Shown here in pieces: positions 26,793 to 36,749 of a DNA stretch of 64,000 bases. Location of the stretch: contig VENG01000001.1 in assembly GCA_009711705.1 (NCBI GenBank), positions 139,889 through 203,888 of the forward strand. The letters are read 5' to 3'. Made by a program: the position numbers and the translations under genes. This DNA is from Bacillota bacterium. GTDB taxonomy: Bacteria > Bacillota > Desulfotomaculia > Desulfotomaculales > VENG01. Every line of letters begins with the position of its first letter. Positions within the stretch are counted from its first letter, which is position 1. The notes beneath the pieces are model-generated. The model saw only the letters and a program-made list of their open reading frames with translations, was not told the origin of the DNA and ran no database searches.

Positions 26793-28559
26793 GTGAGGGT
26801 TTCCGTGATTGATAGATTTAGATCCTTTACAGCAGGTGAAATGATGTTGGGTCCGGTTATTACTGTCCCCCTGGATGTCACTGTGGACCGGGCGCGGGAA
26901 TCGGTAGCGGGTGGGGATTTTAAGGGTGTTATTATTATGGAATCCCAGGAGGTGATGGGAGCATGCCCAAGCGGCTACTTATCATTGATCTCAAATAAGG
27001 TAGATACGCCCCTTTATGCTTTGGATTATTGCCGGCGTGTTCAGGTGGTTTCTGCCGATACTGCCCTGGGTCAATTAATTGCCATTTTGGTAACGGAGCC
27101 TGCCCCTATTTTTGTGGTTAGCGAGCCGAACGGAGGTCCTACCGGCTTGATTGAACCAGGGCACCTGGCCCGTTTTCTCTGGCAACGACTGAGTATTACG
27201 GCAACCATGCTTCAATCAGTGGTGGATACTGTAAATGAGGCCATAACCATCATTGACCATGAGGAGAAGGTTACAGTTTGGAACCGGCGGGCGGAAGAGC
27301 TTTATAACATACCGGCAGAGGAAATAACCGGTTGTTCCATTAATTCTTTTTTTACGACTTTGGTCTCCACCAGAGTATTTAGAGAGAGACACGAGGTCAG
27401 GAATTCATATCACCAGCCCTGCGACGGCACTCATGTGCTAATTAATGCAGGTCCCATCCTGGAGGGTGATGCACTGATTGGCAGCATTTCCGCAGAACGT
27501 GATATCACCGAGCTGGTTCATCTACACCAGGATCTGTCCAGAGCCACCACACAAGTAAGATTACTGGAAAAGGAAATTAAGAATATTAACGGGCGTAATG
27601 ATCCTTTCCAAAGAATTATGGGCCACAGCCGGCTGCTGGCTGCAGCCGTGGCCATTGCTAACCGGGTTGCGGATACCAACGCGTCGGTGTTGATTCGCGG
27701 GGAAAGCGGTACGGGCAAGGATTTGTTTGCTGAAGCAATCCACCAGGCCAGCGGCAGGTATAAAAAACCCTTCATTGTAATAAACTGCGGGGCGATACCG
27801 TCCACTTTATTTGAAAGTGAAGTATTTGGCTACGAGAAAGGAGCTTTTACAGGTGCCGACCGCAAAGGTAAAATTGGTAAATTTGAGCTTGCCAACGGGG
27901 GAACTATTTTTTTGGACGAGATAGGGGAATTACCCGCACAGATGCAGGTAAAACTTTTGCGGGTAATTCAAAGAAATGTGTTTTACCGGGTGGGGGGAAA
28001 TAAACCGGTTACGGTGGATGTGCGGATCATCGCCGCCACCCACCGTAATCTGGAGGAAATGATTGTTCATAGCCAATTCCGGGAAGACCTTTACTACCGA
28101 TTGAATGTGGTATCTCTTGAAATCCCATCCTTGAGGGAGCGAAAAGAAGATATTCCGGAACTGGTTTATACTTTTATACAGGAATTCTCCCAGCAGCATG
28201 ACCGTGGTGTGAGTCAGGTAGATCCGGAATTAATGTCACTCCTTTTAGATTATTCATGGCCGGGAAACATAAGGGAACTCCGCAATGTGCTGGAACGAAT
28301 GGTGATTCTCTCAGAGGTAGGTACCATTTCAGCTGAGCATTTGCCTAGAGCTTTAAAGAGGAGAGCCCAAGCCCTGCGTGCATCTGCTGGTAAGGCTACA
28401 TCCACCATGACAGATATAACCCGGAATACCGAGCGGGAACTTATTATTGAAGCGCTTAGGCAGGCCCGCGGGAATAAAGCAGAGGCCGCGCGTGCTCTGG
28501 GAATTCCACGCAGTACACTGTATTATCGGATTAAGGTTCTGAAGTTAGACCAGAATTGA
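26793..28559 (+). CDS. Sigma-54-dependent transcriptional activator (CBS-like + PAS + AAA+ + Fis-type HTH)
   Basis: GESGTGKD Walker A, the GAFTGA sigma-54 contact loop, and a C-terminal HTH (EAARALGIPRSTLYYRIK). GTG start; an alternative in-frame GTG lies at 26805. Confidence 0.92.
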   Translation: MRVSVIDRFRSFTAGEMMLGPVITVPLDVTVDRARESVAGGDFKGVIIMESQEVMGACPSGYLSLISNKVDTPLYALDYCRRVQVVSADTALGQLIAILVTEPAPIFVVSEPNGGPTGLIEPGHLARFLWQRLSITATMLQSVVDTVNEAITIIDHEEKVTVWNRRAEELYNIPAEEITGCSINSFFTTLVSTRVFRERHEVRNSYHQPCDGTHVLINAGPILEGDALIGSISAERDITELVHLHQDLSRATTQVRLLEKEIKNINGRNDPFQRIMGHSRLLAAAVAIANRVADTNASVLIRGESGTGKDLFAEAIHQASGRYKKPFIVINCGAIPSTLFESEVFGYEKGAFTGADRKGKIGKFELANGGTIFLDEIGELPAQMQVKLLRVIQRNVFYRVGGNKPVTVDVRIIAATHRNLEEMIVHSQFREDLYYRLNVVSLEIPSLRERKEDIPELVYTFIQEFSQQHDRGVSQVDPELMSLLLDYSWPGNIRELRNVLERMVILSEVGTISAEHLPRALKRRAQALRASAGKATSTMTDITRNTERELIIEALRQARGNKAEAARALGIPRSTLYYRIKVLKLDQN

Positions 28560-28677
28560 AGCGTCAAATACTTGACACTTGGTACCGGGTACCTAAGTTT
28601 ACTAAAAAAAGTTGAAGGATTAACTGCCATGTGGTGAAAAGGTTAATAAAAGAACTCTCTTTTGGGGGTGTTTATTT

Positions 28678-29283
28678 ATGAGTAAAAAGAAACAAAGGGT
28701 TAAATATCAACTTGATTCAAAAGGCATAATGGATTTACCGTTTGAAGAAATAAAAGCAATCTTACGTGGTGCTGACGATCTCATTGCCACCGGAGGCAGG
28801 AACCTACTGTCAAAAATAATGAAGGGTTCAAAAGATAAAAAACTGCTTCAATATGAGCTGGATAAGAGTCCTGTATACGGTTTTTTTAAGGATTTAAAGA
28901 TTGAGGACATAACGGCCAGGGTGGATTGGCTTATTAAAAGAGGATACCTAAAGGTGACATATTATGGCAGGTTGCCTGTAATTGTTTATACTAAGATAGG
29001 CTGGGAAATTGAAAGAGATACATATTCGGATGAACTGCTGGAAAAACTCAGGTCACTAATTCCGGATGGGGATTACAGCTTTGTAAATGAGCTTAAGGAA
29101 AGAAACAGGGGTATGATATTGCTGTTGTTGGATAAGATCAAAGATTCCGGGGAAAAGAAATTTATCCCGCTCTTAAAGGCCTGGATGGATGTAGATTACA
29201 GGAAGGTAAGGAAGGAAATATCCAAAGTCATTAATCATCTTGAAAAAGAAGGCGATTTAGCTGATAAAGTGATTAACTTTTAA
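28678..29283 (+). CDS. Stand-alone RQC (RecQ C-terminal winged-helix)-like domain protein
   Basis: LLSKIMKGSKDKKLL...YGFFKD...WLIKRGYL resembles the RecQ RQC motif. Recognition is from memory. Confidence 0.45.
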   Translation: MSKKKQRVKYQLDSKGIMDLPFEEIKAILRGADDLIATGGRNLLSKIMKGSKDKKLLQYELDKSPVYGFFKDLKIEDITARVDWLIKRGYLKVTYYGRLPVIVYTKIGWEIERDTYSDELLEKLRSLIPDGDYSFVNELKERNRGMILLLLDKIKDSGEKKFIPLLKAWMDVDYRKVRKEISKVINHLEKEGDLADKVINF

Positions 29284-29402
29284 CGAATACAGGCAAAGGA
29301 AACATCCCGGAAAACAAGATTTAGACAATGCTTGAAATTCCGGGTCTATGTCAAAAACATTAATATGTCTCCTATGGCTTTTATGGTTACGTCGTATGTC
29401 CC

Positions 29403-30149
29403 TTAGTACCCGGTTGTTGAGCACTTGCCCAATGAACATTTCCCACAAACGTCAGTCAATGGTAAATCAGAGTAATAATTGTCCCACTTAAGGAGCCACT
29501 GGTAGCAGCGGTGCCGGTCAAAACCTTCCATGGTTAAAGCCCCTGTAGGGCATTGGGTGATGCATCCTCCACATTTGCCGCCTTTTTTATGTAAACATTT
29601 CTCTCCACTGGGTTTGGGGGTGGGGGTAACGTAGGCGTCGATAACAAAACTGCCCACTCTCCCTGCACAACCTGCATCAGTTATAAATAAATTGTTTAAA
29701 CCAAATGTACCTAATCCCGCGGCGTAGGCAGCGTGCCTGTGAGACCATGTAGACATCAGTTTTTGTTTATCAAAGCTGTAGGTTGGCTTTTCCCAAGCAA
29801 CCCTAAATCCCCTCTCCTCGAACATTTTCCGGGCTTCTAAGCAAATATCATTAATTAATTTATTGGTTTCAACATAAGCAACTGCCCATTCTCTGGATAC
29901 CTTTTTTGCTTCAAGGTTTGATTGTACGATCTCTTGACTATATGGTAAGAAAAAGGCTATAACTGACATGGCCCCTGGGAGCATGTCTTCCGGCAGCATA
30001 TGCCCTTGGTGGGTGATGGACTTGATATCGGTAAAAACTTGGTCATCCGCGGCAGCACAACCGATTAACGGAGACCTAAAGCTGGCTGCAAAACCCGATG
30101 CAGTAATTAAATGTTCTATGGTATCACTTAATTCTTTTAAGTAGTTCAT
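29403..30149 (-). CDS. Fe-S protein of the epoxyqueuosine reductase (QueG)/reductive-dehalogenase-like family
   Basis: GLGTFGLNNLFIT...GSF motif and the C-terminal Cys cluster CGGCITQCPTGAL. Confidence 0.5.
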   Translation of the reverse strand: MNYLKELSDTIEHLITASGFAASFRSPLIGCAAADDQVFTDIKSITHQGHMLPEDMLPGAMSVIAFFLPYSQEIVQSNLEAKKVSREWAVAYVETNKLINDICLEARKMFEERGFRVAWEKPTYSFDKQKLMSTWSHRHAAYAAGLGTFGLNNLFITDAGCAGRVGSFVIDAYVTPTPKPSGEKCLHKKGGKCGGCITQCPTGALTMEGFDRHRCYQWLLKWDNYYSDLPLTDVCGKCSLGKCSTTGY

Positions 30150-30227
30150 TTTTAACCTCTCCCTCAGTTACCTTAAAATTAGCCTCATCATATCACACAA
30201 TCCAATAATTGATAAAGCGTATGAACT

Positions 30228-30261
30228 AAAAGTGGGTTTCGCTAGGAGCAAAACCCACTTT
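30228..30261 (-). terminator. Intrinsic terminator immediately after the ABM gene
   Basis: aaagtgggttt/aaacccacttt stem flanked by A and T runs. Confidence 0.7.
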
Positions 30262-30552
30262 TTACGGTAGTTCTTTTAATTTCTCCAATACCGGGGGAGC
30301 ATCAAGTAAGTCATCAAATTTTTGCGCTAGTGCCTTAAAATGTGGAGTCTCAAGATGAATGTCCAATGCGTTTTGATCGGAGTATTTTTCAAAAAATATA
30401 AATTCAGTAGGGTTTTCGGTTGAAACGTGAGGGATATACATTGTGCAGCCTGATTCTTTCTCCTTTACCACCTTAGTAAGTTTGGCAAGTTCTTCTGCCA
30501 GCATATTTTCTTTGCCTGGTTTTGCTTTTAATCTGGCCATTACTGTTATCAT
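30262..30552 (-). CDS. Antibiotic-biosynthesis-monooxygenase (ABM) domain protein
   Basis: 96-aa ORF with the ferredoxin-like ABM pattern (ITVMARLKAKPGKE...FEKY.DQ.ALD.H). Confidence 0.65.
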   Translation of the reverse strand: MITVMARLKAKPGKENMLAEELAKLTKVVKEKESGCTMYIPHVSTENPTEFIFFEKYSDQNALDIHLETPHFKALAQKFDDLLDAPPVLEKLKELP

Positions 30553-30796
30553 AGATAAAATTCTTATCTCCTTTCGATCTTAAATTATTTCATTTGTTAC
30601 AGGTTTACAATTTGTTTCCTTATTATCTTCCTCCTTTCAGCTAATCGCGGTCATATCGGCTTGAATATTCCGGATAATGATTTATTCCATATATGGTTTA
30701 AAATTCCTTCTTTGCCGGTAGAAACTTTGTTGTTGTATGTGGTCCGATTATTCTCCGATAGTGTTTTATGTAAACCAAAAAATCTTGCTGTCTGCC

Positions 30797-31240
30797 CTAT
30801 ACTGACAAAAAATTAAGCATTTTGAATCCAAACTCAGCATCAAATTCTTTAATGGCACCGGTATTTATTAATTCCAAAATTATTACCTCTGCCACCAGGT
30901 AAATTTGAGATTCTCCCCTGATGCACCCTGTTAAGGTTTGGTCTCCCTTACCCGTAGTTCCATGCAGGTGAAGCACTGGCTCGCGGTCATCACGGAATAA
31001 CGTTCCGATAGCTAAAATTTCACGACAATCGCTAAAGGTACGCCATACAGGTTCCGGTGGTTGTGTGCACTCCTTGGGCCCGGTTACCATGGAGGCTTCC
31101 TTTAATGCTCCAATAATGTAACAAACTCCGGCCTCAATACTTTCTTTTTGAGCCAACTTCTTCAGTTCAAAAATTAGGTCATCACCATTTTCCACCTTGA
31201 CCACGAAAACTCGTCCTACTTTTCCCTTTGTATATTTCAC
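30797..31240 (-). CDS. PPC (DUF296) domain protein
   Basis: 147 aa; GRVFVVKVENGDDL...HLHGT resembles the PPC/DUF296 family. Confidence 0.55.
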   Translation of the reverse strand: MKYTKGKVGRVFVVKVENGDDLIFELKKLAQKESIEAGVCYIIGALKEASMVTGPKECTQPPEPVWRTFSDCREILAIGTLFRDDREPVLHLHGTTGKGDQTLTGCIRGESQIYLVAEVIILELINTGAIKEFDAEFGFKMLNFLSV

Positions 31241-31338
31241 TACTAAAATAAACCTCCTATTACATTGACTGTTTTGGAAATCTAATATTTGGTATTATGT
31301 AAACAGCATCTCTCTAGATGATAACTTAAATTATAAAA

Positions 31339-32661
31339 CTATTTCTTTTCCAGCCCCCGGGGTTGGTTTTCCTGGTGCCAAAATACTTCTATCCACCTTT
31401 TGCCGTGGTAACGCCAAAGAGTCAGGATGGCACGTATGAATTGGTCACTGGCCATTGCCCACCAAACTCCCACCAGGTAAAGGTTAAAATAAAAACCCAG
31501 CAGCAGCGACAATACAAGACGCACTCCCCAATTGCCGATGGTGGTAATATATAATACCCACTTTGTGTCCCCTGCCCCGCGCAGGGCGCCTGCAAGCACC
31601 TGTGCCACAGCTAAAGCGGGCTGGGTTAAGGCAATTATGCGAAGGCACGTTGATGAGACATTAATAACTTGTATATCATTAGTGTAAAAGGAGGCAATAG
31701 TCCTGCCGAAAAAGAAAAATATTGTTCCTGTAAGGACAGAAAACATTAATGTAGCTTTTGTGGCTAAATAACCATATCTTACAGCTGTTTCTTGTTTATT
31801 CGCTCCCAGGCTTTGCCCAACTAAGGCTGTCGCAGCTAAGGCAAAGCCGAAGCCGGGCATGAAACTTAAGGAGAAGATGCTCATCGCTATTTGGTTTGCT
31901 GCTAGGGTGGTCGTCCCCCATGAGGCAATAATGATACTGTATAGCACCTGAGATCCCTGTCGTACAAAATTTTCGCCACTGGCCGGCAGGCCAATGGAAA
32001 GTAGTTTTTTTATCAGTGATAGGTCCAAATTTATATTGTTGAATATTAATCTGACTGGTGTTTTACCCTGCAGCAGCAGGAACAAAGCTACCACCCCACC
32101 TATGGCCCTGGACAATCCCTGGGCTAGGCCCGCTCCTTCTACGCCCATGCTGGGAAAAGGGCCGGTGCCATTAATCAATACATACATCAGCGATAGGTTT
32201 ATTATGTTGACCCCTGCCATAAGGTACAGGGGAGTTTTCATGTTGCCCGCACCTTGGAAAATAGCGTTACTTATGAATAGCAAATATCCTAGCACCATGG
32301 GAATCAATGCTGCACGCAAGTACATGGTCCCTAAAGATATTAGACTAAAATCAGTGTCCGGTTGGAGGAAAAGTAGTCCCCGCATGATTACGGGAGCTGA
32401 AAACCAACCACCTACGGCGATCAGTATGCCGATGCCAAGTCCCAGCACCAGGGCATGTTGGATTGCTGCTTGTACACGCTCCTCATCACCCGCTCCCACG
32501 TATCGTGCTACAAGTGCTGTTACCCCTACGCTGATGGCCATTAAAACCGCTATCATAATTAATAACACGCGGGTGCCCAGTCCCACTGCGGCTATAGCTT
32601 GAGGGCCAAGGTGACCGACCATGATTAAAGCAGCGATGGTTACCACCGATTGTAAAGTCAT
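31339..32661 (-). CDS. MATE-family efflux transporter (5' end apparently frameshifted; see findings)
   Basis: 440-aa 12-TM ORF. The expected N-terminal 23 aa, with a GGAGGGAG RBS, lie in another frame at 32658-32729. Confidence 0.85.
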   Translation of the reverse strand: MTLQSVVTIAALIMVGHLGPQAIAAVGLGTRVLLIMIAVLMAISVGVTALVARYVGAGDEERVQAAIQHALVLGLGIGILIAVGGWFSAPVIMRGLLFLQPDTDFSLISLGTMYLRAALIPMVLGYLLFISNAIFQGAGNMKTPLYLMAGVNIINLSLMYVLINGTGPFPSMGVEGAGLAQGLSRAIGGVVALFLLLQGKTPVRLIFNNINLDLSLIKKLLSIGLPASGENFVRQGSQVLYSIIIASWGTTTLAANQIAMSIFSLSFMPGFGFALAATALVGQSLGANKQETAVRYGYLATKATLMFSVLTGTIFFFFGRTIASFYTNDIQVINVSSTCLRIIALTQPALAVAQVLAGALRGAGDTKWVLYITTIGNWGVRLVLSLLLGFYFNLYLVGVWWAMASDQFIRAILTLWRYHGKRWIEVFWHQENQPRGLEKK

Positions 32662-32899
32662 GCGTAAAACTGCGGAACTCCTAGAGCAAAAACTCTATTT
32701 AAAAGATCTCTGGTTGCGGGGTGGTTCATCTACTCCCTCCTATGATGGCCGATTAGTTTTCTAGTATCGTCGTACTAAAATGTATTTAATAAAGCCGCCG
32801 GCATATAAAGAAAAATATGCCGGCGGCAGATGGTTGGTTTCTGTATATTTAATTTTGTGAAAAAACTGGCTTGGAGGCAGGTTTTCCTTTTCTAGTCCT

Positions 32900-33436
32900 C
32901 TATCTTTTGGCGGCAGGGAATACTCCCCCTTTTATGTGCCTGGCGTCGGAAATGGTAAAGAAAACGTTGGGATGCAACTCATCCAGTAGAGTGATGGCCC
33001 GGTTCAGGTTTTTACGCTTAAGGGTAACAAAAAGAATTACTCTTTCACCGTCTCTCCCCTGCCCGGATACCGTGGTGACGCCAAATCCATGTTGGCGAAG
33101 AGCTGTTACAAACCTTTGCTCTAATTGAGGCTGGGGAAATACCTGTAATGATAAATAGCCCATGGCCAGTTTCCCTTCAATGATACTTCCTACAAAATTG
33201 CCGGTGGCAAAGCCTCCTGCATAAGCCAATACTTTGCCTGTATCGTCCAGGCCCCCCTTAAGTACTTCATTAAGGGCTACAACAAATACAGTTACTTCAA
33301 AAAAACCAATGACCGATGCCAGGATTTTTTTGTCTCGCATCAACATCAAAATTCGCAGCACGTCCAAGGACATATCGATGACCCTAGCTCCAAAAATGAA
33401 TGCGTACGCTCCCAGCAGTACTCCCAGGTTTTCCAC
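32900..33436 (-). CDS. UPF0316 (YebE-like, DUF2179-containing) membrane protein
   Basis: 178 aa with three N-terminal TMs and a C-terminal DUF2179-like domain (GFGVTTVSGQGRDG). Confidence 0.6.
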   Translation of the reverse strand: MENLGVLLGAYAFIFGARVIDMSLDVLRILMLMRDKKILASVIGFFEVTVFVVALNEVLKGGLDDTGKVLAYAGGFATGNFVGSIIEGKLAMGYLSLQVFPQPQLEQRFVTALRQHGFGVTTVSGQGRDGERVILFVTLKRKNLNRAITLLDELHPNVFFTISDARHIKGGVFPAAKR

Positions 33437-33499
33437 TCTTTATAATATCCTCCCTGAAACAGTAACATAATAAAGGAACACTAAAGTGCTCCCATGTTT

Positions 33500-34003
33500 T
33501 TAGTTTGACTGAAAGTCTTCCAATTGCTGCCTTAACTCCAATAGATGAATTTTTTCTTCCTCCAGTAATTTGCTGATCGCCTCTTTTACAGAGTCATCGG
33601 CGGTACTAGAAAAAAGTTCTTGGTATAGAAGAATTGAATCTTTTTCTGCTTGTATACCTATGGAAAGGGCATCCTTAGGGCCGATATCGGAAAGCTCTTG
33701 GTCACGTTGTTTAAAGGCCTCTATGATGGTGGCAAAGATATTACTATCAGCCAAGAACTTAAAATAGGCTGATTTGTTGTCCGGGATTGTTCCGTTCTCG
33801 CTACCATTTTTATGCTGCTCTATTAGGGTCTGAAAAAGATGTCTATGTTCCTTTTCTTCTTCAGCCAACTTATGGAAAATGTCTCTGACATCCTCCTCTT
33901 CAGCGTTTCCTGCCATAGCAGCGTAAAATTTGGCTCCCAGCGTTTCATTAACTAAAGCTGCACCTAGAATATCGTGCAGGGTTATTTGCTTTGTTGTAGT
34001 CAT
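33500..34003 (-). CDS. Ferritin-like / rubrerythrin-domain diiron protein
   Basis: Two ExxH motifs (EEEKEH, EEEKIH) in a four-helix pattern. Confidence 0.6.
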   Translation of the reverse strand: MTTTKQITLHDILGAALVNETLGAKFYAAMAGNAEEEDVRDIFHKLAEEEKEHRHLFQTLIEQHKNGSENGTIPDNKSAYFKFLADSNIFATIIEAFKQRDQELSDIGPKDALSIGIQAEKDSILLYQELFSSTADDSVKEAISKLLEEEKIHLLELRQQLEDFQSN

Positions 34004-34036
34004 TTTTTTGCACCTCTCAACTAATGATGTTTCCTT

Positions 34037-35224
34037 TTAATTAACACCGGATATATTGTGTGTGAGCTTATTATGTTTTTCTATAAGGTCACTATAACAG
34101 CGCAATAATTTTAAAGCACAATTTTTGGATGATATTTGATCGACGTTGATTACAGCCTGTTCAGCCATTTGCTTTCTTATTCCTTCGTCTTTAAGCATTG
34201 TCAAAACCCGGTCGGCAAATTCCTCCTGGTTTAGTTCCGTAAGAAAACCGTCTTTTTCATGTTCAACCATTTCAGATACCCCGTTTGCATCAACAGCTAC
34301 TACTGGCAGTCCCGCAGCCTTAGCTTCGCCTATAACAAGGCCTTGAGTTTCTGTAACGGAAGCAAATACAAAAATATCTGAACTATTGTAGCAGTGAATT
34401 ACTTTTTCTTTTGGCAGTACTCCGGTAAAAGTAACCTTATTTTCAATTCCGAGTTCTACGGTCTTATCTTTAAGATTATTTTCTTCCGGTCCTTCTCCCA
34501 CCAGTACCAGGCGAAAATGCGGATATTGTTTCTCAACCAGAGCAATTGCTTCCAAAAGCCACTGCAGGTTCTTTTCTTTTCCTAAGCGTCCTACACATAA
34601 CAGAACTTTTTCATGGCCTGGAATACTATAATTTTTTTGCAGCCACTCTTTATCACCTGAACCGTAATCTTGTACTTGGATTCCGGTGGGGACATTAACT
34701 ACACCTGTTTTTACACCTAAGGATTTAATGTAGTCGGAGACAATCCGGGTGGGAGTTACCACTAAATCACACTGGTTGCAAAAATCACTAGAAAGTCGTT
34801 GGGTTAAATCCTTGGTAATACCATGAGCAAAGGGAATATAGTGTACATATTCTTCGTACAGGGTGTGAAAGGTAAAAACTAAGGGTATCTGCATACGTTT
34901 TGCATAGCGCGCACCAACCCTACCCAATAAAAACGGTGAATGTACGTGTATAATATCCAAATTGAGTTTTTCAGCAATATTTCTCATCCGAAATGAAAAA
35001 GGTAAAGCCAGAGAATAATTTGGATGTGTAGGTGCAGGGATAGATGGAAATCTAAATACTCCCGTTTCCCCTTTATCGCAATTGGGGTAGTTAGGTGCAA
35101 AAATAAATATTTGGTGTCCCATAGCTTCCAATTCTGTTGTAAATGTATCAATGGAGCGTACTACCCCACTGGTGTACGGTTTGTAACTGTCAGTAAAAAC
35201 ACCGACTTTAAGTTTATCCACCAA
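34037..35224 (-). CDS. GT4-family (GT-B) glycosyltransferase
   Basis: 395 aa with the C-terminal E-x7-E region ETQGLVIGEAKAAGLPVVA. Confidence 0.8.
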   Translation of the reverse strand: MVDKLKVGVFTDSYKPYTSGVVRSIDTFTTELEAMGHQIFIFAPNYPNCDKGETGVFRFPSIPAPTHPNYSLALPFSFRMRNIAEKLNLDIIHVHSPFLLGRVGARYAKRMQIPLVFTFHTLYEEYVHYIPFAHGITKDLTQRLSSDFCNQCDLVVTPTRIVSDYIKSLGVKTGVVNVPTGIQVQDYGSGDKEWLQKNYSIPGHEKVLLCVGRLGKEKNLQWLLEAIALVEKQYPHFRLVLVGEGPEENNLKDKTVELGIENKVTFTGVLPKEKVIHCYNSSDIFVFASVTETQGLVIGEAKAAGLPVVAVDANGVSEMVEHEKDGFLTELNQEEFADRVLTMLKDEGIRKQMAEQAVINVDQISSKNCALKLLRCYSDLIEKHNKLTHNISGVN

Positions 35225-35280
35225 ACCACCCGCTTATAATTTTTATAAATTATATCATATTCTTACCAATTTTGCAGACA

Positions 35281-35721
35281 CTACTCCCTAATGATCATCT
35301 GACTGATTCTCCAACCACAATAGGTCTTTTTGAGGATAAATTCACCTGTTGCCCCGGTGCTGGTTTTGCTGGTTACATCCATTTCCTTTATGTATGCTAG
35401 CACTGTCACTGTATCGCCGTCAATGGAGTTAATCAGCATTTTTTCTACCATCGCTGTTCCATACCAATCAGTGTCCGATTTAACAAATTTCCATGTTTGT
35501 TCAACTAGATCATTTAAGAGTTCGCCGGTAAAGTAACTGCTTAAAAACACTTGTACTTCTTTTTTATCCGCTGCCCGCATCCAGCCGGTATCTTCCACCG
35601 CGCCGTGTACAATGGATTTGACGGCAGAAGTATCACTTCGGTATTGTTGACTGCCGGCCTGAAAGCTGAATACAAACGTAACCATAAGGGCAAGGCCCAG
35701 AACTGAAAAAGATTTGACCAC
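35281..35721 (-). CDS. Hypothetical secreted protein
   Basis: 146 aa with an N-terminal signal/anchor segment (FSVLGLALMVTFVFSF). No recognised motif. Confidence 0.5.
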   Translation of the reverse strand: MVKSFSVLGLALMVTFVFSFQAGSQQYRSDTSAVKSIVHGAVEDTGWMRAADKKEVQVFLSSYFTGELLNDLVEQTWKFVKSDTDWYGTAMVEKMLINSIDGDTVTVLAYIKEMDVTSKTSTGATGEFILKKTYCGWRISQMIIRE

Positions 35722-35828
35722 TTACAACACCTCTGGAAAATAATGTATATTGGTATATTATCCTCAAGCTGTTGTAAGTCCTGCCAAAGTATGGGAATTT
35801 ATCTTATATAAGTTAACTTTTTTATGCT

Positions 35829-36713
35829 TTAAAGTCCCCGGAAATATTCCGGTCGCAGTGGTACCTTGTCAGGTTGTTCCAGGGCATTTTCAATTAATTT
35901 AACCAACTTATCGCGGTCCTGGTTTAAAATGCCTCGCAGCGGCAAGTAATTGGATGCATGATTGGAACGAAAGGTACAATTAGATAGGTTAACGTTGGCC
36001 AAAAGTAGCTTAATTTCTTTTAGAATTTCGCTGGAGTTGGGCACCTCGAAGTCCCCTCGCTGCACCTTTTTATATAGCGGAGTGTCAGGTACAACCATTA
36101 AAGTAAGGGCGCCCAGGTAGGTGGGGTTTACAGCGCTCACCACGGCGGCGGTTTCGCGCGCGTGTTCTTGCCATAACTCTTTTCCTCCCAACCCCAGTAT
36201 AATGGTCGCTGATAGCTGAAGGCCTGAGTCCATTATTTTTTTCCCTGCTTTAATCATTTGTTCGCTGTTTACGCCTTTATTGACAGCCTTAAGAATTTTG
36301 TCGCTGCCGCTTTCAATTCCCAGGTAAAATATTTTCAAACCTGCTTTGCCTAACTCTACAAGTTCATCTTTTGACTTGGCATGTATGTCCTTTGGCCCGG
36401 CATATATGCCCACTCTCTCCAGATTAGGAAATGTTTTATAGAGAAGGTTCAGTGTCTTGAGCAGTGTGCCTGTATCTACGGCAAGGGCGTCTCCGTCGGC
36501 AAGAAATACACGGTTAATGCCATATGGCTGCCGGCCGCATGTTTCAATTTCAGTTTTTATTTCCTGCCAGGACTTGATATGAAACTGTTTCCCTTTATAC
36601 ATACCGCAAAATGTACACCCATTATGGGAACATCCCAAAGTAACCTGCAAAATTAGACTGGAAGCTTCACTGGGTGGGCGGTAAACAGGCATATCGTAAT
36701 TCATGGGCAGCAC
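35829..36713 (-). CDS. Radical SAM domain protein
   Basis: The Cys cluster GCSHNGCTFCGMY lies near the N-terminus. 294 aa. Confidence 0.75.
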   Translation of the reverse strand: MLPMNYDMPVYRPPSEASSLILQVTLGCSHNGCTFCGMYKGKQFHIKSWQEIKTEIETCGRQPYGINRVFLADGDALAVDTGTLLKTLNLLYKTFPNLERVGIYAGPKDIHAKSKDELVELGKAGLKIFYLGIESGSDKILKAVNKGVNSEQMIKAGKKIMDSGLQLSATIILGLGGKELWQEHARETAAVVSAVNPTYLGALTLMVVPDTPLYKKVQRGDFEVPNSSEILKEIKLLLANVNLSNCTFRSNHASNYLPLRGILNQDRDKLVKLIENALEQPDKVPLRPEYFRGL

Positions 36714-36749
36714 CTTCCTTCGTAAGGGATCATGTTTTATTGTTTTTAA

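Noticed and set aside
28563-28576. Palindrome GTCAAATACTTGAC after the sigma-54 activator gene, resembling GTCAAATATTTG at 26719-26730
   Set aside because: There are only two short AT-rich matches. The stem is only 5 bp and there is no U tract. This is insufficient to call a binding site or terminator.
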